Below are positions 30,766 through 40,914 of a stretch of DNA of 64,000 nucleotides, one piece after another. The notes below the pieces were generated by a model that was not told where the DNA came from, did not search any database, and saw only the letters and a list, made by a program, of their open reading frames with translations. Both the position numbers and the translations under genes were made by a program. The DNA is taken from positions 128,001-192,000 of the IMG/VR virus record IMGVR_UViG_3300028887_000070. The stretch is one strand, 5' to 3'. The stretch is from a virus (lineage: Duplodnaviria; Caudoviricetes). The number at the start of each line of letters is the position of its first letter. Position 1 is the first letter of the stretch.

Positions 30766-30919
30766 GCGCTTCATTATAGTAAAGTTACGTCTCTAAACAC
30801 TAAGTTTCCCCTAGGGTCCCACACCCTAGGGGAGGTTCGGTTATCATATATGAAACAAGGAGGATCATTATGATATACATCGAGTATAGATGGAGGGGGT
30901 AACTCTCCATACTATATAG

Positions 30920-31336
30920 TTAGCGGCAGAGTGGATTACTATACACTCTCACGAAGGGGTTATAGTACTCTGCAGTCTGCACATTGTTGCGATGCTCACG
31001 GACTTGCATAGTCTCTGCATCTACTCTTCTTCTAAATGTCTCCTTGCTACCACTATACCAATGCTCAGTAGTAATGCCTGTACGTACGTTGCCGTTAACT
31101 TTGTATGTGATGTCTCCATACTTATCATACTCATATAGACTGAACTCTCCGTCAGACTTATAGAATGCAGTCTTACGATCATTAGAGTCGTATTCGTACT
31201 TATACTCTACAGGAACTGTCTGGTTGTTCTCGTCTTTGTCGTATATGACGTAACTCAACTTGTTACCATGGAGATCTCTCTCCATGTAATACGGTTCTCC
31301 AAGACGTGGGTTCTTAGGTGGCTTGTTGTACTTCAT
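30920..31336 (-). CDS. Small protein with YD/RHS-like repeats
   Basis: YVIYDKDEN, YKYEYDSNDRK, YEYDKYGDIT. Confidence 0.6.
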   Translation of the reverse strand: MKYNKPPKNPRLGEPYYMERDLHGNKLSYVIYDKDENNQTVPVEYKYEYDSNDRKTAFYKSDGEFSLYEYDKYGDITYKVNGNVRTGITTEHWYSGSKETFRRRVDAETMQVREHRNNVQTAEYYNPFVRVYSNPLCR

Positions 31337-31890
31337 GGTGTAACATACCTCTTTCCGTTAGATTTGGCTGATCTTAGACATCTGAAATGAAAACGAAACG
31401 TATTCTCCTCTCTCCTCTCTTTATCTATATCGCGTCCTGCGCGCTTCTTCGACTCCCTTCTTTCTTTAACTCTTCTCCGTCTATACTCCCTTGTCCTTCC
31501 TGGTTGCTCCTTGAAAGTCCTTTCTGGCTGCTCCTCCTGGAACCAATCGCGCCCTCGCGATTGGCTTGTTTCCTCTTGAGCTCTCCTCGTCTGTTGCTCC
31601 GTTCGTCCCGCGTCGGTATCACCATCAGATGTTTACTTAGGTGTTCCCAGAGTAATATTTTACTACAATCTAGCTGTCTTCTTTCAGTATTGACTTACTA
31701 TCTTGAACTGTTTTGTACTATCTAGTAGGTCTTACCTCCAACCAGGTTCTTTATATCATTACCTCCAACCATGTATCAAAGACCTAATGAGTGAATGGTT
31801 ATATATTATATAGATGTATCAGTATACTGGTCAGAGTACTGGTACTTCATATGCATAAACAAACACCTAGATTCAAAAGGAGGAATCTAT

Positions 31891-33666
31891 ATGAACTTTA
31901 ACCTTTATGGACAAACACCAACAACTTTAACTGAAGAAGAAAAGAAGATTCTAAAAGCTACTGGTGATAGTAGCTTAGACTTTACAGAAGAGGAAGCTAA
32001 AGAAGCTCATAAGAACAAAGGAGTACCTTATATGAGATCCTACTCAACCGATATTAGCACAAGACTCGCTGAAGAAGAATCACAGCTTTACAGTATGATA
32101 AAGACGAAAAGATTGAAACTGAAGCAAGGATACAAGAAAGCTTTGATTGAAAAAGATGAAAAGGATATCAACTTCATTATCGATAGACCAAACAAGTCAT
32201 ACAAGTATGAGAATAAAACGATAGCCAGTTTAGTAAAAAACAGTCCATATCTTTGCTACTTCGATGAACCTGATTCAGATCCAATAACATTGTATACCAT
32301 AGGTATGCACATATTCGACAAAGGACTCAAGTATCTAGAATCCATGTCAGTAAATGGCAAGAAGTCATACAATGACCTATTCAATGCTCAGCTTAAGAAG
32401 ATAGCAGAATTCAACACAGAATCAAAGTTTGATCATCTCCCATATCAACATCTCGAATGTCTATCTTTCGCATTCGAATCTGCTATGAGTGCAAAAGATC
32501 CAGATTACAAAAACATTCTTCATCAAGAAGAATACCTCGAAACAGTCGGTAATGTCAGTTCGTTTGTAATGTCATTAGTATACAGTGTAATAGAGTATGA
32601 CTACAATACATACAATATAATCAAAGACAAGCATCATAAAGATATGCTTCCAGATTGGTTACTAAACTTTGTTCTTGTAATATCTAAAGACGATGATCCG
32701 ATCTATATAGCAAAGGAAAGAGATGATGATACATTTGATGATGATAAGGATCGAGCCATATTGGAACTTGCTTATGATGTTATGGAATACATCGAAGATG
32801 AGATACGTCGAGACGGCGAATCAACAGAAGAGTTTATACGTACGTATTGTGACTATAAAGACAAGACTTATAACGACTATGCTATAATGATGGTCATGTC
32901 TTATGTAGAAGCATTGATTGTATACGCTCTTCAGATATATACTGATTCATTCTCACCTGACTGTCATCATGACTTATATCATAAACTTACAGACCTATGG
33001 ACAATGCCTATGTATGTGATAGACGCAACCTATTCAAGTTACTTACATCTTAGAGTGGATGAGGTCTTAATAGACTCCAACGTCAATGCTTTGAAACTTG
33101 CAATGACAATAACTAGTTCAATACAAGAACTCTTAAAGAAAGAAACAACACACTCAGAACTGTTGAATGATTATCACAATCATATACAATACTCTGATTC
33201 ATGGACTTCACAGCCACAATCACAAATCCCAGGCAGTCGGTTCAATCCATCGGCACAACCACCATATCTCAACATGAGACTCAATCAGTTAGAGACTACT
33301 GTCAACTCTCTTGTTAGAGAGAATGCTGAGCTTAAGGGTAGATTGGATAAGCTTGAAACTTCGTATGCTTCTAAAGACCAATCATCAATCTCAGAGAGCG
33401 ATAAAGAAGAATCCTGTGTTCATAACGACTATGTCGCATATCTTTACAATAACGACTATCCTAAAATAGACCCTTTTAAAAAGGGCGCTGATATGGAGTA
33501 TGAAAAGTGGAAATCTGGTATGAGTGGACCAGTATTAAACTACTTTAGACACTCTATCTATAATATGAGTATCGAGTCAGATGATGGTACTGTAATAAGG
33601 CACAAATGCAATCTATGCGGAAAGCATTTCGTCATAGACAGACGTCTTATAACTTTCAGCAAGTAA
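31891..33666 (+). CDS. Hypothetical protein with C-terminal coiled coil and possible zinc site
   Basis: ATG 31891 after AAAGGAGG; early box at 31800; C-terminal HKCNLCG. Confidence 0.75.
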   Translation: MNFNLYGQTPTTLTEEEKKILKATGDSSLDFTEEEAKEAHKNKGVPYMRSYSTDISTRLAEEESQLYSMIKTKRLKLKQGYKKALIEKDEKDINFIIDRPNKSYKYENKTIASLVKNSPYLCYFDEPDSDPITLYTIGMHIFDKGLKYLESMSVNGKKSYNDLFNAQLKKIAEFNTESKFDHLPYQHLECLSFAFESAMSAKDPDYKNILHQEEYLETVGNVSSFVMSLVYSVIEYDYNTYNIIKDKHHKDMLPDWLLNFVLVISKDDDPIYIAKERDDDTFDDDKDRAILELAYDVMEYIEDEIRRDGESTEEFIRTYCDYKDKTYNDYAIMMVMSYVEALIVYALQIYTDSFSPDCHHDLYHKLTDLWTMPMYVIDATYSSYLHLRVDEVLIDSNVNALKLAMTITSSIQELLKKETTHSELLNDYHNHIQYSDSWTSQPQSQIPGSRFNPSAQPPYLNMRLNQLETTVNSLVRENAELKGRLDKLETSYASKDQSSISESDKEESCVHNDYVAYLYNNDYPKIDPFKKGADMEYEKWKSGMSGPVLNYFRHSIYNMSIESDDGTVIRHKCNLCGKHFVIDRRLITFSK

Positions 33667-33735
33667 GAAAAGGGAAGGGTGAGAGATCACCCTTCAGTTT
33701 ACATCTTAATATAACACAAAAGGAGGAAGATCATC

Positions 33736-34806
33736 ATGATCTACAATTCATTCACAACCGTCATTGACGGTCCAGACGCTTGTGGTAAAGGAACTATCAT
33801 CAATGAACTTGATAAGAACCTTTATCATAGAACACCCACAGATCCAAAGAAGCACATCTATATCTTTTCTACCAGACCAGCAACAAGACTGGCAACTGTA
33901 GACAAGGAAAAGGCTGACGAGTATGAGGATAATATGTATAAGTACATGGATGCATTCCTTCTCGGAAGACTCTGCAACGTTAATATTACAGACTCAAGAG
34001 AGTTCATGTCTGAAACAATCAGAAAGCCTATTGTTAAGATATATGACAGAGGACTTCTGTCTACGTTCTTCTACGCATATGTCCATGACGACGGAGGTAA
34101 TGACTATGCTAAGATGATTAAGGAACTCAACAAAGGTATCAAGCCTGCTTCAAAGACGAAGAAGTCTGAGACTACTGTAGTATCTACTGCTACCAGAGAA
34201 GAGATAGCTGATAAACTCATCGCTAGATACATCAAGTTCGAGTCTGTCATAAGAGACAGGCTTAAAGTTCTTCTCAACTCATCTGAGGATAAGAAGATTC
34301 AATTTAAGTATAACTGCGAAGAATGCTACAATGATGAAATGGTTCATATCAATCATAATGGTATTGATGTAGGAGCTTTAACTGAAGCACTACACACTGA
34401 CATCACCATTGCTATATGCTGCTCAGAAGAGCTCTCTGACAAAGCAATAGAGAGAAGACACGCAATTCAGAATGATTCCGACCAGTACGAACAAATCTTC
34501 GAGACGAACGAAGTGTTCCGCAAGAACATGAATCTTGTGTACAACTTCTTCATGATCTATTGCTTGCCGAAGCTCGACTCAATGAACTACGTAAATCCAT
34601 TCATCGGACACATCGTCAAAGTCTATACTTCTCAGACTATCAATGGTGAGATCGAATGGAGAAAGCCAATCAATACAAACAGAGACATAGTAAGCTGGTG
34701 GAACTACTATCTGTCTACTAACAACTTTACCACCCTTGGCTATAAGGGACATGAACAGTACAGATTCCAGACCTGTACAGACTGTATGCCTGAGGAGGAG
34801 TACTAA
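33736..34806 (+). CDS. Thymidylate/deoxynucleotide monophosphate kinase-like protein
   Basis: P-loop IDGPDACGKGT and YDRG..ST motif; adjacent to thyX. Confidence 0.7.
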   Translation: MIYNSFTTVIDGPDACGKGTIINELDKNLYHRTPTDPKKHIYIFSTRPATRLATVDKEKADEYEDNMYKYMDAFLLGRLCNVNITDSREFMSETIRKPIVKIYDRGLLSTFFYAYVHDDGGNDYAKMIKELNKGIKPASKTKKSETTVVSTATREEIADKLIARYIKFESVIRDRLKVLLNSSEDKKIQFKYNCEECYNDEMVHINHNGIDVGALTEALHTDITIAICCSEELSDKAIERRHAIQNDSDQYEQIFETNEVFRKNMNLVYNFFMIYCLPKLDSMNYVNPFIGHIVKVYTSQTINGEIEWRKPINTNRDIVSWWNYYLSTNNFTTLGYKGHEQYRFQTCTDCMPEEEY

Positions 34807-36188
34807 TGAAGAAGACGCCTGAAGAGAAAGCAAGACTCAATGCATTCTACGGAGTGCAAGGGTTTCCAATCAATGGTACAGGAGGTTCACTTACTGGAGT
34901 AAGTGAACCTCTTTACTACAATGACAGCATCCATATCATCTATGATGCTTGTCGTTCTTGTTACGCCATTAAGGACAATAACAAGAGTTATGAAGACATT
35001 AAGACATATATCGGTAAGAGAGTCCAGGCTGGTCATGACTCTATCGTAGAGCACAGCAATATCATCATTGCTGTACATGGCACACTTGATGATTATCTGC
35101 CAGACCTTCTGAGACTCACTACTAATAAGCGCAATCTCTGTAAGTATCTGAAAGTTGCTTCTGATGCAGCAGATCCTAACAGAGAAGGCAATACATTCAA
35201 CACTATCTTCCAGGGTAGCATTAGAGGATTCAAACACCTTCTTATCAACTTCCCTTGGAATGAAGAAGATAACTGTTTTGTCGAGCATATCCGCAGACAG
35301 CTTTACCAGTGTACGGTAAAAGAACTTTGGAGCAATGTAGCACCAGAGATCATGGATCCTACACAATTCATCGATAACATCGCCATCAATCAGTTCGATA
35401 TCGATACTGAACTTGATGAAGAAGATGAGAAGGAACTGAGAGAACAGGCTGGTATAGAAATCGAAAAGCCATTCACTATGTCTTATAAGAAGAATGATAA
35501 GTTCGAAATAGTGAATATAGATAATGCTGCGGCAGTGCGTTATCTGGTGCCACAGGGATTGCTCGACGATGAAGGATTAAGAGAATGCTGTACCATTACC
35601 GTGCTATTCAAGAATATGTCACGTACGGCAACCCACCAGCTCGTCAGACACCGCAATGCGATAACTCAGGAATCGCAAAGATACGTAAACTATGACAATG
35701 CTGGTTTTACTACACCTCCAGTAGCTAAGTATCTTCCTAAGGAGGATATGTTCGAAGTAGAGCTTGGAGGGCAGAAGAAGAAGTACACACTTGAGTCACT
35801 TGGAAAAGAGATCTGCAGTGTATACCCTCAGCTCAGAAAGCAGGGTATAAAGAAGGAAGATGCTCGTGCATACCTTCCTGGTAATGTACAGTGTCATGCA
35901 ATCTACATGACTTTCACATTCTCGTCGCTTCTGAAGTTCTTTGAGCTTCGTTGTGAGCCTCATGCTCAGGCTGAGATAAGAGAGTATGCTTGGGAACTCC
36001 TTCATACACTTCTCAAACTCCAGGAGTGTAAGGCACACGGATACACTGAAGAATTCGCAGCCGATCAGGGGATAGACATCACTTCACCGTTCTGGATTCC
36101 TGGCCTTAAGGAGTTCTATAACATGAAGCTCGTACAGTTTGATGACGATGCTGAAGTGATTGCTGCATCAGAGAACTCCGTAGAATAA
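34806..36188 (+). CDS. thyX: Flavin-dependent thymidylate synthase ThyX, long form
   Basis: GHDSIVEH, SR.ATHQLVRHR..ITQESQRY, EDARAYLP, FFELRC..HAQAEIR. Confidence 0.92.
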   Translation: MKKTPEEKARLNAFYGVQGFPINGTGGSLTGVSEPLYYNDSIHIIYDACRSCYAIKDNNKSYEDIKTYIGKRVQAGHDSIVEHSNIIIAVHGTLDDYLPDLLRLTTNKRNLCKYLKVASDAADPNREGNTFNTIFQGSIRGFKHLLINFPWNEEDNCFVEHIRRQLYQCTVKELWSNVAPEIMDPTQFIDNIAINQFDIDTELDEEDEKELREQAGIEIEKPFTMSYKKNDKFEIVNIDNAAAVRYLVPQGLLDDEGLRECCTITVLFKNMSRTATHQLVRHRNAITQESQRYVNYDNAGFTTPPVAKYLPKEDMFEVELGGQKKKYTLESLGKEICSVYPQLRKQGIKKEDARAYLPGNVQCHAIYMTFTFSSLLKFFELRCEPHAQAEIREYAWELLHTLLKLQECKAHGYTEEFAADQGIDITSPFWIPGLKEFYNMKLVQFDDDAEVIAASENSVE

Positions 36189-36195
36189 CACTTTA

Positions 36196-36437
36196 TGACG
36201 ATTTTGGGGTGCGAACCATATTATTATATATGGTGGTCACCCAGAAATCGTCACTTTTGAAGAATCTTGGGCATCGACCATATTATTATATATGGTGACT
36301 GCCCTGAATTCTTCAATTCTTGATAGTTCTTCAGCAGGGCGCTCCGACTCCTCCGCAGAAGGAGGAGAAAGGCACCAGAAGATAAAGATACGGAGGTTGA
36401 ACGGCCGTGGTTAACTCCACGGCCGCCTTATTTTTTG
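36196..36437. other. Intergenic structured element: two tandem long hairpins with identical 20-nt apex, then a terminator
   Basis: accatattattatatatggt caps both 36196-36253 and 36257-36316; the stems differ in sequence but both pair. Confidence 0.7.
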
Positions 36438-36442
36438 TCGGA

Positions 36443-36454
36443 AACATCTCTATA
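36443..36454 (+). promoter_or_regulatory. Late promoter AACA-N6-TA
   Basis: AACA tctcta TA, identical to 59569-59580. Confidence 0.75.
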
Positions 36455-36484
36455 AACTATACAACGTGTAAAGGAGGACTCGTG

Positions 36485-39400
36485 ATGAGAGAAGATACAT
36501 ACAAAGAAGTCCTAGCAAAGAAGTACGCTAGGGAGTCTAACTATGTGATTATAACCCCTACTGATAATCTCGAAGAACTTGAAGAGCTGTGGAATAAGTT
36601 CCTCTCTACGATGACTATCAGACAACAGAGATTATGTGATGATAGATCTATTCAGATCTATGGTATGACCAACCAGCAGCATTATGAAGCTCTTAAGGCT
36701 GACTTTATCAAGCATACTAAAGAGCCTAAGAAGAGAGACTGGGGTTTAGATAACAGAGAGCTCAGCTTTAAGATATCTCCAGATGATAGTCTCGTTAATG
36801 CTAAGAGCAACACATTCACTACAGACACTGATGCAGACTTTGAAGGACTCGTCTTTGAAGGTACAGATGGACCATACTTCTCTGGTAGTGGTATCTATGT
36901 TATACCTGATATAGAAGGTGGTACTGCTAAAGAACAGCTCGAAGACCTTGAGAAACACTATGCTAACTACATGTCTCTTACAGTACATCAGAGAAAGCTC
37001 AGCGATGATGGTTCAAGAATGATGTATGGTCTTTCCAACCAGCAGAGATATGACCAGCTTAAGGGTGAACTTCTGAAGAATGTGGATACTTCTGACGATA
37101 GTGATGTAGTTGGTAAGCTTGAACCAGACCTTCAGAGCGATGAAGCTAATATAGTAGACGAGATGTTCCATGACCCTAATACTTTTGTAGGACAGCACTT
37201 CCTTAAGTCTCTTGAAGAGAGCAAGAAGGCTGATAAACCTGTAAAGAGTAGACTCAACAATACTCCATACTTCACTCCTACAGAGTTAATAGATATGGGT
37301 GTTCATGGTAATGACAACTACTACTCTCAGAAGGCTGACAATGATGGTCTTACCAAAGATATCTCTTCAACTGCCTGGTTTGACTCTTATAAGAACATGA
37401 TCGCTCAGCATGTCTATGAAGACTTCACTGCTGAGTGGATCAATACTCTTAATAGACTTTATCTTGACTATGACGAGATCAAAGAGTGTGGTACTGAAGA
37501 AGAGTTGCTTGCTAGAAAGCAGAGCATACTTGACCTTGGATGGAATCCTGAAGTACCTTTCACACCAGAGAACAGAGTTAAGGCTTCTAAGAGAATCAAT
37601 GACTACATAGATCATTGCGTTCCAAGAGATATCTTCATCAATATGGATGACATTGTACCTGATGATCTTCCTGATGTAGTAGAAGAGGCTGTCTCTAAAA
37701 AGACTCATAAACCTGTCTTCATAGTACTCACTAAGGGTAAGACACCTATCATATCGTCAAGTATTCAGAAGGTTACTAAGAGTGAGTATAGCCACGCTAG
37801 TATCTCATTCGACCATAACCTCAAGGAGCTCTACTCATACAACTTCCGTAAAGAGAATCTTGGATTCGTTATGGAGAAGCTTGAAACTATAAAGGACGTA
37901 CCAATTACCGTATGGTGCTTCTTTGCTGAGAGTGAAGTAGTAGAGAACATGAAGAAGAAAGTATATGACTTTAAGACTCACGACACTCACTACGACTTCA
38001 GAATGCTTCCTAGATTCATTAGAAAGAAAGACATCAAGCCTGACGACAACGAGTACAACCAGGTATGTAGTACATTTGTAGATACTGTTCTGAAAGCTGG
38101 AAACATCAATCTCGTAAGAGATATCAATATGCCTAGCCCTGCAGACATCTATGATGGGATCAAGACAAGAGCTAACACCATCTTCAAGGTATATGATGGA
38201 CCAGCAGGTCAATACAACGGTAGCAGAGTAAAAAAGAAGGTTGATTATCTTCTCAACAAGGATACTACCGAAGCAGTTAACGAGGCCTGCAAAGATGTCA
38301 AGACTGCCAGGAAGTTCGTCAGAGAAGTTGAAAAGCTCGCTAAGAGATACGATGCTAACTACTTCATTGTTACTGATGGTGCTAGTGGTATTCATAACAA
38401 TGGTAACCCTGCTGTAAAGAATGCTAGAGACGCTCAAGTGAGATGGGAAAAGGAAAACGGCTATGATCCTGATGAGGATTGGAGTAAGAATCCTATCAAT
38501 GAAGCTTCTCTCCCTTCAGGAGTTACTCTTAGATCAGCTAATAAGAACGATGAAGAGAATATCTATAAGTGGGAGATGGAGTCTATAGATCCATCCAAGA
38601 GAACTAAATCTAGAGTCATCAAACTCATGCGGCAAGATGCCAAAGAATCTGTTAACCATGCAAAGATGATCATGTATAACGGAGAGACTATCGGTATGTA
38701 TGATGTAGTTCCTATAGACGGAGGAGAGTGGACTTACATAGGTGAGATCTACATAGTAAAAGAACACCGTAACAAAGGTATAGGTACAGCTCTTCTGAAA
38801 GACACTATAGAGAAACATGATCGTATCAAACTCAGAGTAGCATCTTCCAATACTAAAGCTATCAAACTCTATAAGTCTCTCGGCTTCGAAGTTGTTGAGA
38901 AAGAAGATTCAAAGTCTTATATCATGGCTCTTGATAAAACAGAGTCTCTTAAAGAGTATGTGGAAGACTTGAAGTCTGCTGAAAGAAATGACATCTACCA
39001 CAATATTGAAGACTGGGAGTCTGGTAAGTCTAATCTTATATGGGTGTGTGGCTTATCTGGTTCTGGTAAGTCTACTATGGCTGAAGAGATTGTTGGATCT
39101 GGAGATATAGAACATGTAGAACTTGATCTGATCCAGGCTGGCAAGATAAGACAGTGGGAAGATGATGATGAACGTCTTACTGGAGTACTACTAGACTTCG
39201 TAAAGTATAAAGGAGGATTCGACAATATCTTCCCTAAGTACACAGAGAAGGCTAGAAAAGGCGAGCTGAACTTTGGTGATATGATGGACAAGAGTTGTGC
39301 AGAACAATTCGATGAGCTCTTTGACTATATCATGAAGTATGCAAAAAAGAATCCTAACAGAAGATTCGTTGTTGAAGGAGTTCAGATAGCAGTATGCTCT

Positions 39401-40078
39401 AAGGATACTAGTATTGCAAAGATAGCAAAGTATCCAGTAGTTATAAAGATGAATGGTCCTATCAAGACCGAATTACGTAGAGAGAAACGTACCATACAAC
39501 ACTGTCTTGATGATGATGCTAAGCTTATAGATATCATCAAGAAAGTTGCTCGTAGACATAAGCAATGGTGGAAGCAAGGATTCTATAAACATGACTGGGA
39601 CGAACTCAAATACTTTAAGACACATATAGGAGAAGCTGTATCAATCTTCAATGAGATGAAGAAGTTCCCTGTTGAGTTTGATAAGGATGGTAATCTTATC
39701 ATCTATAAGTGTTCTACAGGAAACATAGACTTCGACGAAGAGATAGACAACAGTGTAACTCTTCTCGAGACTTATAGAAACACCAACAATGAAGAGGGTA
39801 TGAAGTATGAGCTCGCTAAGATGTGGTACATTATAGCAGAGCTTGAGAAGAGAATGAAGAAGAGAAACGTTCCTGTGGACGAGTACAACAAACTCGTTAG
39901 ACAGAGAAGCATAGCTATGAATGTGTTTAAGACAAACTTCAAGCACATGAGTAGTCTCGACAAGAACTTCAACTTCGCAGCATACTACAACAGTACACCT
40001 TTCTCAGACAACGGTGTTAAGATCACTAACAGTACGTTAAGATACGGACTGGCGGCAATGAAGAGAATCGTTAGATGA
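36485..40078 (+). CDS. Multidomain late (virion-type) protein: permuted papain/NlpC-P60-like, GNAT acetyltransferase and P-loop kinase modules
   Basis: YSHASISFD...YDF...VCSTFV; YIGEIYIVKEHRNKGIGTALL...AIKLYKSLGF; CGLSGSGKST...VVEG; start after AAGGAGG. Confidence 0.75.
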   Translation: MREDTYKEVLAKKYARESNYVIITPTDNLEELEELWNKFLSTMTIRQQRLCDDRSIQIYGMTNQQHYEALKADFIKHTKEPKKRDWGLDNRELSFKISPDDSLVNAKSNTFTTDTDADFEGLVFEGTDGPYFSGSGIYVIPDIEGGTAKEQLEDLEKHYANYMSLTVHQRKLSDDGSRMMYGLSNQQRYDQLKGELLKNVDTSDDSDVVGKLEPDLQSDEANIVDEMFHDPNTFVGQHFLKSLEESKKADKPVKSRLNNTPYFTPTELIDMGVHGNDNYYSQKADNDGLTKDISSTAWFDSYKNMIAQHVYEDFTAEWINTLNRLYLDYDEIKECGTEEELLARKQSILDLGWNPEVPFTPENRVKASKRINDYIDHCVPRDIFINMDDIVPDDLPDVVEEAVSKKTHKPVFIVLTKGKTPIISSSIQKVTKSEYSHASISFDHNLKELYSYNFRKENLGFVMEKLETIKDVPITVWCFFAESEVVENMKKKVYDFKTHDTHYDFRMLPRFIRKKDIKPDDNEYNQVCSTFVDTVLKAGNINLVRDINMPSPADIYDGIKTRANTIFKVYDGPAGQYNGSRVKKKVDYLLNKDTTEAVNEACKDVKTARKFVREVEKLAKRYDANYFIVTDGASGIHNNGNPAVKNARDAQVRWEKENGYDPDEDWSKNPINEASLPSGVTLRSANKNDEENIYKWEMESIDPSKRTKSRVIKLMRQDAKESVNHAKMIMYNGETIGMYDVVPIDGGEWTYIGEIYIVKEHRNKGIGTALLKDTIEKHDRIKLRVASSNTKAIKLYKSLGFEVVEKEDSKSYIMALDKTESLKEYVEDLKSAERNDIYHNIEDWESGKSNLIWVCGLSGSGKSTMAEEIVGSGDIEHVELDLIQAGKIRQWEDDDERLTGVLLDFVKYKGGFDNIFPKYTEKARKGELNFGDMMDKSCAEQFDELFDYIMKYAKKNPNRRFVVEGVQIAVCSKDTSIAKIAKYPVVIKMNGPIKTELRREKRTIQHCLDDDAKLIDIIKKVARRHKQWWKQGFYKHDWDELKYFKTHIGEAVSIFNEMKKFPVEFDKDGNLIIYKCSTGNIDFDEEIDNSVTLLETYRNTNNEEGMKYELAKMWYIIAELEKRMKKRNVPVDEYNKLVRQRSIAMNVFKTNFKHMSSLDKNFNFAAYYNSTPFSDNGVKITNSTLRYGLAAMKRIVR

Positions 40079-40128
40079 CAAAAAAGAAGGGGTGGCAGTG
40101 CTGACCACCCCTCCTCTTCTTGTATTAG

Positions 40129-40575
40129 TTACATTGCTACTTGAACGAATTCGTCCAAGTTACAATCGTAACTGAGCAGTTCAACTATTTCTTCATTACT
40201 CATTTCCATACCTTTGATATCTTTATACCATTCAAATTGTACATACATTTTGTCAAGGATAGATGTGATATGATTGATAGCTTCGTTTCCTGTGTACGAT
40301 TGTCTCTCAAATACAGCAGTCTTATCAAAGAAGTCTATTAAGTCCATTACTTCGCTGAAGAATGTGAAGTCGATCTCGTTTAAAGTTACTAAAGCATTTC
40401 TGATAACTCTTATATACTTTGCGTCGTTGTCATCATTTACTGATGCATCATCTAAGCTTGCACCGTTGTCATTTACTTCGTGCATTATCGTATCATACAT
40501 TCCGCCCAGAAGTACAAAGAGTTCATATGCCTTACGGTCAACTATACTCTTCTTGATTATATCGCGTCTTAACAT
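40129..40575 (-). CDS. Hypothetical protein behind leader cassette copy 2; candidate anti-defence protein
   Basis: 148-aa acidic ORF starting right after the cassette. Confidence 0.7.
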   Translation of the reverse strand: MLRRDIIKKSIVDRKAYELFVLLGGMYDTIMHEVNDNGASLDDASVNDDNDAKYIRVIRNALVTLNEIDFTFFSEVMDLIDFFDKTAVFERQSYTGNEAINHITSILDKMYVQFEWYKDIKGMEMSNEEIVELLSYDCNLDEFVQVAM

Positions 40576-40585
40576 AAAGCCCTCG

Positions 40586-40732
40586 CTTTCATTGTTCCTA
40601 CCCTAGCGGCTCCTACCTTTCCACTTAGGAGCATAGTCATTTGCTGAGTAGCAAGCCAAGAACGTCAACCTTTGTTGAACTACTACCTTGACTCACTACA
40701 ATGGTATACAGTCAAAACCATCTACTTTTACG
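40586..40732 (-). promoter_or_regulatory. Conserved promoter + structured 5' leader cassette, copy 2
   Basis: Homologous to 1135-1281 and 50019-50162 with compensatory stem changes. Confidence 0.85.
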
Positions 40733-40780
40733 CAACAAAAAAAAGAACGGACCCGTTAAGGTCCGTTCTCTATCTTTGTC

Positions 40781-40903
40781 TTACTCCTGGTTGGGCTTCT
40801 CTTCAGGCTCGTAATCCTTACAGTCCATGCAGCCGTTACATTCGATATGATATATGCAGCATTCATCGTAGTTGACGATGTACTTACAGTTTCTTGTATC
40901 CAT
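40781..40903 (-). CDS. Small Cys-rich protein (40 aa), MDTRNCKYIVNYDECCIYHIECNGCMDCKDYEPEEKPNQE
   Basis: Read manually; AAGGAGGT RBS; followed by a terminator hairpin. Confidence 0.7.
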   Translation of the reverse strand: MDTRNCKYIVNYDECCIYHIECNGCMDCKDYEPEEKPNQE

Positions 40904-40914
40904 ATTATACCTCC

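Noticed and set aside
30691-30873. 60-aa ORF on the + strand
   Set aside because: It is the antisense of the tRNA-Gln gene
31387-31725. 112-aa (+) and 66-aa (-) ORFs
   Set aside because: Low-complexity translations caused by strand skew, with no convincing RBS
36196-36316. Twin 20-nt repeats as a mini-CRISPR array
   Set aside because: Only two short copies, and the flanks pair around each repeat instead of acting as spacers
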